From the human T2T-CHM13v2.0 reference genome, Homo sapiens: a DNA stretch of 64,000 nt. The position numbers and the translations under genes were made by a program. The first letter of the stretch is position 1. Each line of letters opens with the position of its first letter. The notes under the pieces are model-generated. The model was given only the letters and a program-made list of their open reading frames with translations. It ran no database searches and had not been told where the DNA came from. Where the stretch lies: assembly GCF_009914755.1 (NCBI RefSeq), contig NC_060939.1; one strand, 5' to 3'. Shown piece after piece: positions 28,041-41,769 of this stretch.

Positions 28041-28558
28041 TAGGCATTAAGATGATGGCTGCCTTTTTCACTTCACCCACCCCATTGCCTCCATTGTCAA
28101 TGATGACGTTAACATATCATTGTTTCCCTACTCTTGAGCGGGGCTGCTTTCTATCTCACACTCTGACTCGGGTGTCTGATTTCTCCCATCACTCTGGCAT
28201 TGACTCTGGGCTACCCTTAGGTGCTGCTCCCGATTTGGGAGCTGTGTGTGACCTTTGCTTTTCCTGCCTTCAGGTAAGATTTTCTCTTTCCAAACCTTTG
28301 TGCTGTGATACTGTCTAGGTTCCTGAATTTCTGTGACATCCTTTGATCTGTCATTTGCAATCTCCAGCTCTTTCCTACCTTTCAAGGGTGTGTGGTAAGC
28401 TTGGTGAGTGGGGAGCAGAGTGGAGCTGGGGATCCTGAGAAGGCAGTTCATTCATAGGGCTCTTTCTGTGCCTTCTTATGTCCTCCTCCCTCAGCCCAGA
28501 CTCTGAGCCTTTCCCCAGGGCTCTAAGAAGATAGAAAAACTCGCAGAAGGTGTGGACC

Positions 28559-28721
28559 TTTTCTTTCTTTTCCTTTCTTTTCTTTTTCTTTCTTTCTTTC
28601 TCTTTCTTTCTTTCTTTCTTTCTTTCCTTCTTTCTTTCTTTCTTTTTCTTTCTTTTCTTTTTCTTTCTTTTCTTTTTCTTTCTGTCTGTCCGTCTGTCTG
28701 TCTCTCTCTGTTTCTTTTTTT
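28559..28721. repeat. (TTTC)n / (TCTG)n compound polypyrimidine microsatellite
   Basis: Direct reading. Confidence 0.95.
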
Positions 28722-28759
28722 CCTAGTGGGGCTACAACTTATGCTTAATACAAATAAAT

Positions 28760-29320
28760 GCCTTTTATTCATTTAATACAGATATTTACCAAGTACCCCC
28801 TGTGGGTCAGGCCCTACTCTCACCCTAAGGATACAGCAGGAAGCAAAGCAGAGGTGGAGAAGATCCCACTAAACACACAGGCAAGGCACATCAGTGGGTG
28901 ATGAGCGCTAAGAGGAAGTATGGCCAGATGAGGTAGAGGGTGAGGATGGGGCGGAGAGAATCCTACCTGTTGGCAAAGCCTTTTCTACCAGATGGTCCAG
29001 GAAGATTTATCTGATAAGCAACAGGAGGGTGAGACCTGAAGGAGCCTCCAGATCAGGGCTGCCTGGGGGAAGGGCACTGTGAAGAGGGGACAGGGACGCT
29101 GAAGGCCCTAAGGCATGAAGCATAAGAGCAGGAGGCTGCTGGGTGTGTTCTGGGAACAGCAAGGAGGCCACAGTAGCTAGAGGGAGGGAGTGAGGGTGGG
29201 GGTTCTAAGAGAAGGAGGGCAGAGCATTCTGAACTTTACAGGCTGGCATAAGGGTTTTCATCTGATGGGAGTTAGAAGCCAGTTAAGGGTTCTGAGAAGG
29301 GTGGAGGCGAGTGGCTCAGC
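28760..29320 (-). mobile_element. L2 fragment
   Basis: ttattcatttaatacagatatttaccaagtacc...; ggaacagcaaggaggcca..gtagctagag. Confidence 0.7.
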
Positions 29321-30195
29321 TAGGAGCCTAGTGAAGTAGCCTAGAACTTTCTGTGGAATTTGTTCTGCAATCATGCGAAGTGGCAGTGGCATGGTAACAT
29401 GGGTAAGTGGTAGTGACTAGATCCTGAGATGGGAACTGAAAGCCTGGAGTGAATGTCTCAGGAAACCCGACACCCGTCTGGCCCAGAGGGTCCTTATTTC
29501 AAAACTGTGTTTAAAATGGCAAACACATGAGATCATGGTAATCAAACTTACATAAGTACTGTGCAAATCCAGAAAATTTGTAGTGAGTGTACTGAATTAT
29601 TTGCCAATGATCAATAGTGCTGGGCTCTGAATGCAATCTGAAATAAAAATTGTTTTCCTGAATGTATTTATCAAAATACTGAGTGCTTACCAAATACTGG
29701 TGCTTACTGTACTAGTTGACCCGTACAATCAGTTTAAGTAAGCTAACTTAAATTTATGACTTTTGACTTATTCCTGATCTATTCACAGGCCGCTTGGAAT
29801 GTTGGGCCATCTGTCCTTTTGACATGAATTTTCCCTGTAATGGGGGTAGAGCTGGTAACTGTTGGATCATCTGATTATTGGAGACAGAAGTCCTGTCACT
29901 TGCCCCTGCTGTTAGGAGGTGGGCTTCCTGAATGGCTTTCTGTATACATGAAGAATTTCAAGACCTTCCGTTAAGGTGGTCAGAGCTAAGTTTCAGCGTT
30001 TACAAGAGGTCTCTTGGCTGACTTGCTATAACTTACAGCAACCTGATGTTTGGACACCTTTTCCTTTTTTTGTTTTTAGTAAATATGATGAGAAAAAAGA
30101 CTCCTCATCTGTTTTGTTTTATTTTGTGAATTACTTCTATTCTTACCACTCAAAAAAATGTTTAAATAAGTAATTGCGAAAAAATAGGGGGTTTT

Positions 30196-30499
30196 GCCAG
30201 GCACAGTGGCTCATGCCTGTAATTCCAGCACTTTGGAAGGATTCCCTCAATTTTTAGAGGGAAGGACTGCTTGAGACCAGGAGTTTGAGACCAGCCTGGG
30301 CAACATAGTGACAACCTGTCTCAACAAAAAAAATTTAAAAATAACCGGGCGTGGTGTGCATGCTTGTGGTCCCAGCTACTTGAGAGGCTGAGGCAGGAGG
30401 GTCACTTGACCTTGGGAAATTGAGGCTACCGTGAACTGTGATTGTGCCACCACACTACTTTGGCCTGGGCGACAGAGTGAGACCCTGTCTCAGAAAAAA
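30196..30499 (+). mobile_element. AluJ
   Basis: Full Alu with a small internal hairpin insertion. Confidence 0.92.
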
Positions 30500-30563
30500 G
30501 GCAGGGTGGTGGGGCTTGACAATTTGTTTAATATCTGAAAGTATTAGAAAAAATTATTCTCAA

Positions 30564-30864
30564 TTTTTTTTTTTTTTTTTTTGAGGCAGAGTTTCACTCT
30601 TTTTGCCTAGGCTGGAGTACAGTGGCATGATCTCGGCTCACTGCAACCTCCGTCTCCTGGGTTCAAGTGATTCTCCTGCCCCCGCCTCCTGAGTAGCTGG
30701 GATTACAGATGCCCACCACCACGCCTGGCTAATTTTTACATTTTTATTAGAGATGGGGTTTCACCATGTTGGACAGGCTGGTCTTGAACTCCTGACCTAA
30801 GGTGATCCACCTGTCTCAGCCTCCCAAAGTGCTGGCATTAGAGGTGTGAGCCACCGTTCCCAGC
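30564..30864 (-). mobile_element. AluS (Sq-like)
   Basis: TSD aaaaaattattctc on both sides. Confidence 0.95.
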
Positions 30865-31354
30865 AGAAAAAAAATTATTCTCTTTGGTATTTTCAAAATA
30901 TGTGGCGGTGAGAGGGTGCAGTAAGTTAGGAGTTAAGTGACCTGACTAAATATCTGTGTTCTGCTGAAATCTTGCAGAAAGTGGGATGCTCAGGAAGAAA
31001 ATAGTCTATCCCACGAAGCCATTTCCCACAAGCAGCTGAAGGCAGGGCACACCGTTATGTTTATTTTGGTAAAGGGAAAACAGAGTTAAGTTTCTCAGGG
31101 GCCCCAAACCTCAAGGATGATGAACACACACATTCATACACAGAAGTGACTTGCGTTGATAGACATCCTTATCTTGAATGCCTCACTAAGAGACAAATCT
31201 TTCCACAAATGTGCACTGCCCAGGTGAGCCTTTTGGAATCGGAGAATCAATTATTCAAGAATGTGACTTTTAAGCCCCAAAGCAAAGTTTGGACAGTTTT
31301 CCCAGAGCCAAACCTCTGGATATTAGTCCACTTTTCTGGGATAATATAATTTAA

Positions 31355-31486
31355 TTTTAGTTTAGTTTTTTAGAGATGAGGTCTCCCTTTGTTGCCCAGG
31401 CTGGTCTTAAACTCCTGGCCTCAAGCAGTCCTTCCACCTTGGCCTCCTGAGCAGCTGGGACTACAGGCACACAGACCGCACCCAGC
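31355..31486 (-). mobile_element. FLAM monomer
   Basis: Single antisense monomer. Confidence 0.85.
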
Positions 31487-31570
31487 TCATTAGTGTCCTT
31501 TTCTGTCAATGAGCATAGGGGTTCGTAGACGCCCTTTTTATAAAGAGATACGTTCTTGAAATTGCCTTTA

Positions 31571-31893
<323 letters not shown>

Positions 31894-34062
31894 TGCCTTT
31901 TGACTTCCTACCCTCAGGCATGTGTGCATTAATTGAGGACATTAGGAACTAACCACGTGCACACGCGTGTGTGCTGAGGGAACAAAAGGTCTGAAATCTG
32001 GTCCAGGGGAGAGTTGGCAAGGTAAGGCCTGGGGAAAGCAGGCTGGCAAGCTCAGGAAGCAGAGGGGCGCCATGCATTTGGAGACGTGTGAGTAGGTGCA
32101 GAGCCTGCGCAGGGGAGGCACATGGGCTGGAGATGTCTGGGGCCTGGTCTTGAATTCCATGCTGAGGAGATTGTGTTTTTATGCTGAAAGCAAAAGAAGA
32201 AACAAATCACTGAGTAATTTTTAGGCTGAAGTACAAATTTGAAAAGATGACGGTGGCCATGGGGAGAACAGGTTGGAGGAAAACAAGCCTGAAGACTGAG
32301 GATCAACTTAGAAGGCCACAGCTGTAATCCAACAGAGATATGCATATAGCTCTAATTAGGGCCATGGTGTGGGGATGGAGAAGTATGGCTGAGAGGTTTC
32401 AGGAGGCAGGGTCAACAGGAAGAAATCACTAACTGATGTTGTGTGAAAGGGGGAGGGAGAAGGTAGGATGCTTGCAGGTCCCGAGAGGGCGTGGAGTTGA
32501 CTGATGCCATGTTCCATGTAAGTCAGGAGCTGTTAGGAAGAGTCAAGTCGGGCTGGGACTGATAGGACTTTTAGACATTTAGAAGCTGCTAAAACAAGAA
32601 TAGAAGTTCTAAGTTGAGTCTAACCAGGGAGTTGTTCTTACCAGAAAAAAATAGAGAAATAAGTCCAATAAAACCACTGCTTGGTTTGAAAAATCAAGTG
32701 GGAAGGGAATGAAGAACAGGAATTTCTCTGCAGAGCATCTTCATCTGATGCCTCGTGTGAGGATCTCGCCCTTTCTGAGCCTGAGAGATGGCAACGATCC
32801 TTCTGTTCTGGAAGATTAAAGGCACAAGCCGTTAGCCCAGAAGGTACTTCAGCTGAGATGGTTTGGGGTTCTGACCAGTGAGGACTCACCACTTCAAGGA
32901 AGTGGAATCCTGTCTTAGTTCAGGGGATCATTTGCAGTGTGAGGGTCAGGCCCGAGGTAGCCTGGCCTAGGAAAGGAGGCAAGAGAGGACTGTGGAGTGA
33001 GACAGACTCCGTCAGGATCCTAGGTCTGTCAGTTGTCAGCTTCACAATCAAATTACTTGAAGTCATTGTCCTTCAGTTTTCTCATTTTACATGTCGTTAA
33101 GTAGATTAAATGTGAACCTAGGCAAAGTGCACAAAACAGTACCTGACTCATGATAGTTCCTCAGTAAACCCTAGTTCCTTAGTTGATTTGGAGGATGGTT
33201 TATACCACCATTGGGCTGTATTTCCTACCCTTGGCCTTTTGACCTAAATGAGGCTTGATCCCTGGGGCTGACTGCCATCATCTCTCCTCTCTTCTATTCC
33301 ATGTCGCTGGCTATGTCAGCAGATGGGAGAGTGTTCTGGAAGCTTTCCCATCACCACCTCTCTCTTTCTAGGCAGGCATTTTGGCTGTGTCTGTGTGGTC
33401 CCAACATGTGTACGTGTGTGTAGCAGGGAGGGAGGAGTGAGTATGAAGAGGTCCAATAACAACAATTGAGAAAGATAAAATAAATTCTTTCCACAATATC
33501 TGAGGCTATATTATCTGCTAAACTAGTTTTTCAAAATGCTAAACTTTTGCCTCTTAATTTTCTCATGCTTATGGGGAGTGCCCTTCAAATCTTGTATTAG
33601 TCAGGATGTAATTGTATCGCTTTAGCTTCTTTTCTCTCTTGCTAAAAAAATAAAATGCAATCCTTAATAAGAGACTGAAGTTCGTAACGTTTGTGTCTTG
33701 TCAGATTCAGTGGGGAAAAATCAGATTTGCTTGAAAACAAGATGATAAATATGTGGTGTTGGTGTTTTCATACAAGAATCTAAAGATAAGCTGTAACAGC
33801 TTAGAGAACATAATTGTTACTGTACCACAAAGACCAAGTTTTTTAAAAAATAACTTTTGAAGGTCTTACTAAAATTTATCACATTTATACCATGTTGGAT
33901 GGTGATATTGGCCATGTTTTCTTAATATCAAAATATGACTAAAGAGTGTCATATGTTGGACTCCATCCACAGACACAGAGACTTTTCTGACATGAGCCGG
34001 TCTCTGAGTCTTCCTTTTTAGAATACGAGCTTATTTTCTCCAGAATCATCACAGCTGTCTAG

Positions 34063-34562
<500 letters not shown>

Positions 34563-35679
34563 CAGATCTCACTAGTTTTTTTTTTTTCTTCCCCAATTCT
34601 CTTTTGATGTGGATAATTCCACTGGCCTTTGGCTCAGCTGCTGTATAGAGCTTCTTAATATCTTAAAAAACCTCACTGAGAGCCTTGGTGCTGTCTTCCA
34701 CCCCTTTCCTAGTCCTGGAAGTTTACTTATTTTAAACAAGAGCATCAAATGCTTCTTGGAAAATTCCATCAGCGCTCATATTTTCTGTGTTTGCTGTCGA
34801 TTATCTAGCATTCAAAGCCCCGCTAACGTTCAGAGCTTCTTGTTGTGTGACATTCGCAGGTTTCCTTTTGGGACAGGTTTGGATTGACTTCCTTCCTCTG
34901 CCAAGAGGGCAACCAGCTGATGACAGTTTGGAGAGTTTGTGTTGGCATCAGACGGGTGCTGGTGATGTGCCTGAAAGTCACTCCTGAGATTCTCGTTTAT
35001 TTCTGTCCCAGGCTGGAGTTTCACAGGCAGTGGATGTTAGTGGGTGGCCCGAACCACCCTCATCCTAGCTGTAGAGAGAGGCAGCTTCACTCAGCAGGGA
35101 GCCTTTTATCCTCAAGACCTTTTCTGTACAGATAAAACGCTCAGATAAGATCTGGAGAAAACCCTTTGTTCTTTGGTGGCTCTGCATCCTCTTTTCTCTT
35201 AAATGCTGTTCCTTACTCTGCTCTCCTCTGGCCTCTTTGGTGTGATTATCTTGATGTTCTCTGTATCTGTTAAGGGATGATTGTTGTCTGAGTAAATATG
35301 AGATGGCATCTTTGATTATCACATTTCCCAGGAACCTGGCTGATGCGGGACTCCTTTCTCAAACCTGCTTGTGAATGGATAGCCAGGCCCTGTTTGCCTT
35401 CCTCCACCTCATGGGGAACTCATTGTCTCCTGAAACAGCCTAGTTTATCTTGACGCATCTCTGTGAGAAAGCTCATTTCCCCCTTTCGATTGAAGTGGAG
35501 TTTGTGTCCCTGGCACATCTACTCTTTATTGGTTGTTCTAACCTTTGGAGCCACACAGACCAAGTTTAATCTTCTTTTCACATGACAACCATTCTGGTAT
35601 TCATATGTGATGAGAGTTGATCATGCTTCCAGCTCTACTCCCCTCCTTCTGTACCCAGTGCCATCTCTTAGTATCTCAG

Positions 35680-35976
35680 TTTCTTTTTTTTTCTTTTTGA
35701 GACGGAATCTCACTGTCACCCAGGCTGGAGTACAGTGGCGCGATCTCGGCTCACTGCAACTTCTGCCTCCTGGGTTCAAGGGATTTCTCCTGCCTCAGCC
35801 TCCTGAGTAGCTGGGATGACAGGTGCGTGCCACCATGCCCGACTAATTTTTGTAGTTTTAGTAGAGATGGGGTTTCACCATGTTGGCCAGGCTGGTCTTG
35901 AACTCCTGACCCCGTGATCCGCTCACCTTGGCCTCCCAAAGTGCTGGGATTAGGGCGTGAGCCACCACACCCGGCC
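35680..35976 (-). mobile_element. AluS in the tail of an older Alu
   Basis: Full Alu antisense. Confidence 0.94.
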
Positions 35977-36412
35977 TTCTTCTCCTTCTTTCTTTCTTTC
36001 TTTCTCTCTTTCTCTTTCTCTCTTTCTCTCTTCCTCTCTTCCTCTCTTCCTCCCTCCCTCCCTCCCTCCCTTCTTCCCTCCCTCCATTCCTCCTTCCCTC
36101 CTTCCTTCCTTCCTTTTGAGACAGGGTCTTGCTCTGTGGCCTATGCTGGAGTGCAGTGGCATGGTCAATCATGGCTCACTGCAGCCACAACCTCCTGGGC
36201 TCAAGCCATCCTCCGAGCTCAGCCTCCTGAGTAGCTGAGACTACAAGGTGCGCACCGCCATGCCTGGCAAATTTTTGTGAAGATGGGGGTTTTGCCCAGG
36301 GGTTGTCCCTAGGGGTTGCCCAGGCTAGTCTGGAACTTCTGGGCTCAGGCCATCCATCCCCCTCAGCCTCCCAAAGTGTTGGGATTATAGGCATGAGCCA
36401 CCATGCCCGGCC
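35977..36412 (-). mobile_element. AluJ with an expanded TC-rich tail (35977-36117)
   Basis: TSD agtatctcagt/agcatctcagt brackets both Alus. Confidence 0.92.
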
Positions 36413-37487
36413 AGCATCTCAGTAGGGAAACCACTCCTTCCTGGCCGCTCTTTTTTCTCTTTTCTTTTAAAAAATTAATCAACAGACATTTTATTTAGAA
36501 GATAAGCATAGCTAACTAGATTTCTTCCCATACCCACATTCAGTGATAAAAAGTAGATCAAATGCTTTTTGGATCCCTTTTGACCTTTTTGACAACAATG
36601 TTGCTGGGTAGATTTTTGTGGGAGTTCTCTACCATCGGGCACGCTTGGCTGCCACAGGGCAACTGCTTGGCCTTTTCATCCCCCAGTGTCGGCATCAGTT
36701 TTACAGGGAACATTCTGTGGCTCTTTCAAGGAGATGCCTCCAGAGCCCCATTTGCAGTCATATAAGTTGTGTTGTAGTACCCGGGGCTATGGATCTCATG
36801 AAGTTATTTGTAATATTCTAACAGAAATGAAAAGTCTTAAAGCCTCAAGTGACTTGAAGGCACTATGTGAAGAGAAGGTTTACTAAAGTGATCTGGATGT
36901 AATATAATCTGGCTGCTGTTTTTTGTAAACCAGACTCTTGGTGATCAGCCTCAAGCAGAGGGGGCTGCCTACATCAGCTGGGCATGGAGCTGATAGCAGC
37001 ATCAGCAGGTTCCCTTTGCTAAGGGGGCTGCTGGGCTGGTGGCCCCTTCATCCTTTGGGCTCCCTGCATGTTCCTCAGAGGCTCCGAAGAAGGCAGACGG
37101 GGCTGGCCGTCCATCACAGGCAGATTTGAACAGGGAATCTAATGTCAGCCCCACAATAAGAGCAGGTTTCTTCCAAATCTGAGAGTCGAGGATCCCATCT
37201 TGTATTTACTCAGTAACAGTCATCCCTTTATGTATACACAGAAAATCAAGATAATCGCACCAAAGATAAGCATAGAGGTGAGTGCAGTGAGGAACAGTAC
37301 TTGTGTGAAGAGACAGACTTTTGAGATAGCTGTGTGGAGTTGTTCTGGGTTCAAGGGGAGTCTGCAGTGTGGTTAACTGCCCTGCCCTGTTGAAACTAGA
37401 TATATCATTTCCAGAGGTCACCGTGGTGTTTGCCAATTATCTCACAGTGAATTTGTCACCTGTGTTCCTCACACTTTTTTAAAACCA

Positions 37488-37512
37488 AAACAACAACAAC
37501 AACAACAACAAC
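37488..37512. repeat. (AAC)n microsatellite
   Basis: Direct reading. Confidence 0.85.
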
Positions 37513-38018
37513 AAACCAACAAAAACAATCCACCAAAACCAAGATTTGCTTTCACGTCTCATCCACCCTACAATCAAATGATTGGTTTCTTAGGCCGAGG
37601 TTAGGGTTAGGGGCTTCAAATTCTCCTTATTAAACCTCATTTTTGTTAGACTTGATCCATGATTCCAGCCTGCTGATCTGTTTGGCTCCTGAACTCTCAT
37701 ATATTGCATTGTCTATGTTTCCGAAGTTGTAGTGGTTAAGGACACAGGCTTTGGGGGTGAGAGAGAATGGGCATAAATCCCATTCCACCACTTAGTGGGT
37801 TGTGTGGTTTTGGGTAAAGGCACAATGAAGAATCTTCTGGGGCATTTCACGGAGCAGATGAATGGTGTCTTATGGAACCCATGGCAGGAGGCAGCAGCCT
37901 TGGGAAGGTAGAACTCGGACAACTGAGATCAAATACATCTCCTTATCTCATCTCAGCTTCCGTCTGAACATTTAAGTCCTTTTTCTTTTCTTCCTGGAGG
38001 CTGACTCTTCCATCTGCA

Positions 38019-38385
38019 TGATAGGCATAACAGTGTCTCTCCAAAGATGCCCAATTCCTAATCCTGGAATCTGTGACTATGCCATCTTGCACAGCAAAAA
38101 GGATATGCTTAATTTAAGGACCTTGAGCTGGGGAGATTATCCTGCATTATTTAGGATAATCACAAGAGTCCTTATATGGGAGACAGGGAGGCAGGAAAGT
38201 TGGAATCCAAGAAGGAGATGTGACAATGGAAGCAAAGCCAGAGAAGATGCTACGCTGCTGGCGTTGAAGATGGAGGAAGGGACCAAGAGCTGAGAAATGC
38301 AGGTGGCCTCTAGAAGCAGGAAGAGGCAAGGAGACAGAGTCTCCCTAAAATGAGGAATGCAGCCCTGTTGCCCCTTGATTATTTG
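38019..38385 (+). mobile_element. MLT1D-type LTR (partial)
   Basis: ccaaagatg.cca..tcctaatcctggaatctgtgactatg...gaagatgctacgctgctggc.ttgaagatggaggaaggg. Confidence 0.8.
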
Positions 38386-39586
38386 AATCATTTTAAGCCA
38401 CTAAATTGCCAAAAGATTCCTTCCCTTAAAAGTCTTCCAGATTCTACCCACCCTCTTGCAGTAATGAGCTCCCCACCTATCTCTGAGCCCCATTTGGAGG
38501 CAGGGTTGTTCCTGCTTTCACATGTCCTCCATCACTCTTGTCTCCCTCAGTGCCTGGCACGGGCCCAACGTAGAGCATGTTCTTGGTAAATGTCTGTGGA
38601 ACCAAAGCCCCCAAGGGAAAGCTGATGATGCCTTTCAGAAATCCAGCTGCATGATTACAGTTCTTTGGGCTCCTTCTGTAGTAGCTCTGCCAGAAAAGGG
38701 AACAAGGTTAGTTTCTCCTGATTTTTTCCCAGCGAACCTCCAGTGGGATTAGAGATGGCGGCTGCTTCCCTGAGTTTCCCTTTGCCGGCCGTGGGATCCC
38801 TGCTCTGGGGCCTCCGTGTTGTGAATGCACCTCCTCTCTGAGACTGAACCGCTGTCTCTGTAGTCCTCAAATATCAGAGGTTGGGTTGAAAAAACCCACA
38901 GAAATACAGTTTTGAGGCCTTCTAGTTCTTGAGTGTACTACAATTGAAAAGGTACTTCCACATTGCTGATCCCTTTTAGTCCCTGTGGTAGCCCCTTGAA
39001 GCAGCCACCCTCTTTTCGATTTGCTCAGTGTTTTGTTTTTTTTTTTTTTAAATTGTAAGGATGAGTGTAACAACTTCTAGCCTCTTTACATGTAGGGTTG
39101 GAAACCGACCATTCCTTTATTTTTTGTTCAGAGTTGCAGGTTGGTAACTTGCCCAAAGTCTCACTGCTTGTTTAGGCAGAAGAGGTTTCTGTTCCCAGTG
39201 CTGTTGGAACCTCAGCTCACCACCTCTTCAAAGTCGTCAGGAACATTCTCATTTTCCTCTAAGATCCCTGGCTAGACCTTTGTATCCTGCTCTTCCTTCT
39301 ACTTAAGCCAGCATCCTCTCCTGACCCCTCTATCCCTGCTGTTAAGATAGCCTTCTTGGTGTCAGGGCCTACAGCTGCCTGCAGCCATCTTGCTTCTGTT
39401 TTGAATTTGTGTTGCTCCAGGAAGGCCTCCAGATTGGCATGCTGCTCTCAGAAGGCACTTGGTATCACAGTGTCCTAGGAACTTGTCTCTACTGCTGGGG
39501 TGCACACACAGATGCTTTAGTCAGTGCTGGAGTGTTGGTTACCTGGAAACTGCATCCTCAGCCTTCTTTCTCTTCATAATCCTCTA

Positions 39587-39720
39587 CAGGTGGTCCCCAA
39601 CCTACAAACCAGATGAGTTCTAAAAGCTTATTTTGCAGTTAGTTGATTGTTTGGAGTTAGGCTGCATCTTCCTGAGGATTCAGTGTCATGAATGGTGGTT
39701 AGGTTCTAGGCCCCCAACCA
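39587..39720. mobile_element. Probable TcMar-Tigger DNA transposon end
   Basis: tacaggtggtccccaacctacaaac start and aatggtggttaggttc motif. Confidence 0.45.
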
Positions 39721-39779
39721 ACATCTATTCCAGAGTTCAGCTACAATAGTAGCTGTTGTATAGCTGAACTCTGGAGTCA

Positions 39780-40000
39780 TGAAGAGAATGGTCTTTGGAC
39801 TCAGACAGGCCTTGATGACTTCTGATTCTGCTCTATCTGGGTGACCCTGGGCAAGTGATTTAACCACTGAGCCTCAGTTGCTTCACCTGCAAAATGGTGT
39901 TAATTAATACTTACCTGGCGGGGTTGCTGAACAGTGAATATAAGGTGTTTAACATAGTACTTAGCACTTGGTAAATGCTCAGTATTATTTATTACTGCAC
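39780..40000 (+). mobile_element. MIR
   Basis: gtgaccctgggcaagtgatttaacc..tgagcctcagtt.cttcacctgcaaaatgg. Confidence 0.8.
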
Positions 40001-40032
40001 TATTACGTATCTAGTTTGTTTAATAGCACTAA

Positions 40033-40367
<335 letters not shown>

Positions 40368-41769
40368 TATTGTGCCATTTCTGTGGGTAAACTGACTCCA
40401 AGGTCAAATGCTACATTAGTCACTCAGAATTGAAATAGTGCTTTTTTTTTTTTTTTCCTTCTGGGGATTTCAGATTGCTGGGGAAAAGGAGTCTCTCTCG
40501 TTCATTTATTCATTCAATTCATAAGCAATTGCATTATGCCAGATATACTGGGGGGAAAAGGTGAGCAAAAGCCAATATAGCCCCTGTTCTCATGGATGTT
40601 ACAGATGGATGATGGAGACAAATATTAATTAAAACAAAAATCATCTAAATGTGAAAATACAGCTGCTGTGAAGGAGAGGTGATGGGAAAGGGTCTAGGGA
40701 GGTGTTTCCTGGGTATTTGATGGATCTCTGGATTGGTTCTTTGTCATTGGGTGGCAGACACTGTCTTCAGCTAAGTGGCTCAGAGCTTTGACAGCATTGA
40801 CTTTGCATACGAACAGGGGTGGAGGTGGCTTGAGCCTTTGGGGGTTGGTAGTAGAAGCAGCAGTCCAAGTTGTCTGAGATGTTGGGGACACCATCAGGGA
40901 CACCTAAGTGGCGGGTTAAGGGGGAAGCATTTACAAGAGAGGAGTAGCTGGGAAGAGGCATTGCTGGGGAGGAGAGGAGGCTTCTTGTCTGTGGATCAGG
41001 GATGCTGGGTTCTCAGGTGGTGCTTATTAAGGAGTGTTTTAACTTGGCTACCCCTTGTTTTCAGCCAAAATAACACCCCAGTCCATATTTCCTGCCACTG
41101 TGGCTTCCTATGGCTAAACAAGCGTAATGAATATCTTGTTCCATATAATTGCCTCCATCTCATGCCTCATTTTTTGGTACTCATTTCTTGCTCTCAATTC
41201 CTTTCTGTTTCTCTTTTTTTCTCTCCTATTCGGTTTCTCCCGTTCTGCTCTGTGATTAATCAGTTCGGTTTTTCATCCAATTATCATGTCTGTCTTGGAG
41301 AAGCATGTTTCCTGGGGAAGGTCGGTCTACCATGGTTGCCCAGCTCTCTGCCTGCTCCTTCTTCCTTCTGTAAGATGGCAGTTTGCTGTATTTTTAGCCC
41401 TCTAGTTCTACTCTTTGGCTTGTGGGAAACTGTCCACAGCTCATAAATTATCACCACATTGCTCATAATCACACCCTACCTTGTCTAGTCCCCTGAGCTT
41501 GGAGACTTACTGGGCTTCTCTTTATGTACCTGTGATGTGATGCTGTGTGTTCACGGGCCCAGGGAGATGTTTGCCCTGTTCTTCCTGGCAGAGGAAGAGC
41601 AGTGTTCTGAGACCTGACCAGCATGTGTGCCCGGTGACCTATTGAATGATGTGAGTTTCTCTGCGCTGGCCGTCCGACATGCCAGAGCTGGCGGGTGAGT
41701 CGGGAGTTGGACATGCAGCCCTGGAGTGACCACACTGACTGCGTCAGTGGGTTTCACTGCCTGGTGCCC

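Larger units (their letters stand above)
35330..37710 (-). mobile_element. Fragmented L3/CR1 (pieces at about 35330-35670 and 37330-37710, split by Alus)
   Basis: cctttggagccacacagaccaagtttaatcttcttttcacatgacaacc and ttaaacctcatttttgttagacttgatccatgattccagcctg resemble antisense L3. Confidence 0.45.

Noticed and set aside
37599-37613. (TTAGGG)2 telomere-like motif
   Set aside because: Two units only; expected by chance.
39907-39923. ATACTTACCTGGC resembling the U1 snRNA 5' end
   Set aside because: Only 13 nt, with no further U1 similarity; falls on the MIR consensus tacctacct...gggttg position.
40775-41446. 223-aa ORF
   Set aside because: Non-ATG start, Leu/Ser/Phe-biased, no recognisable domain; consistent with a chance intronic ORF.
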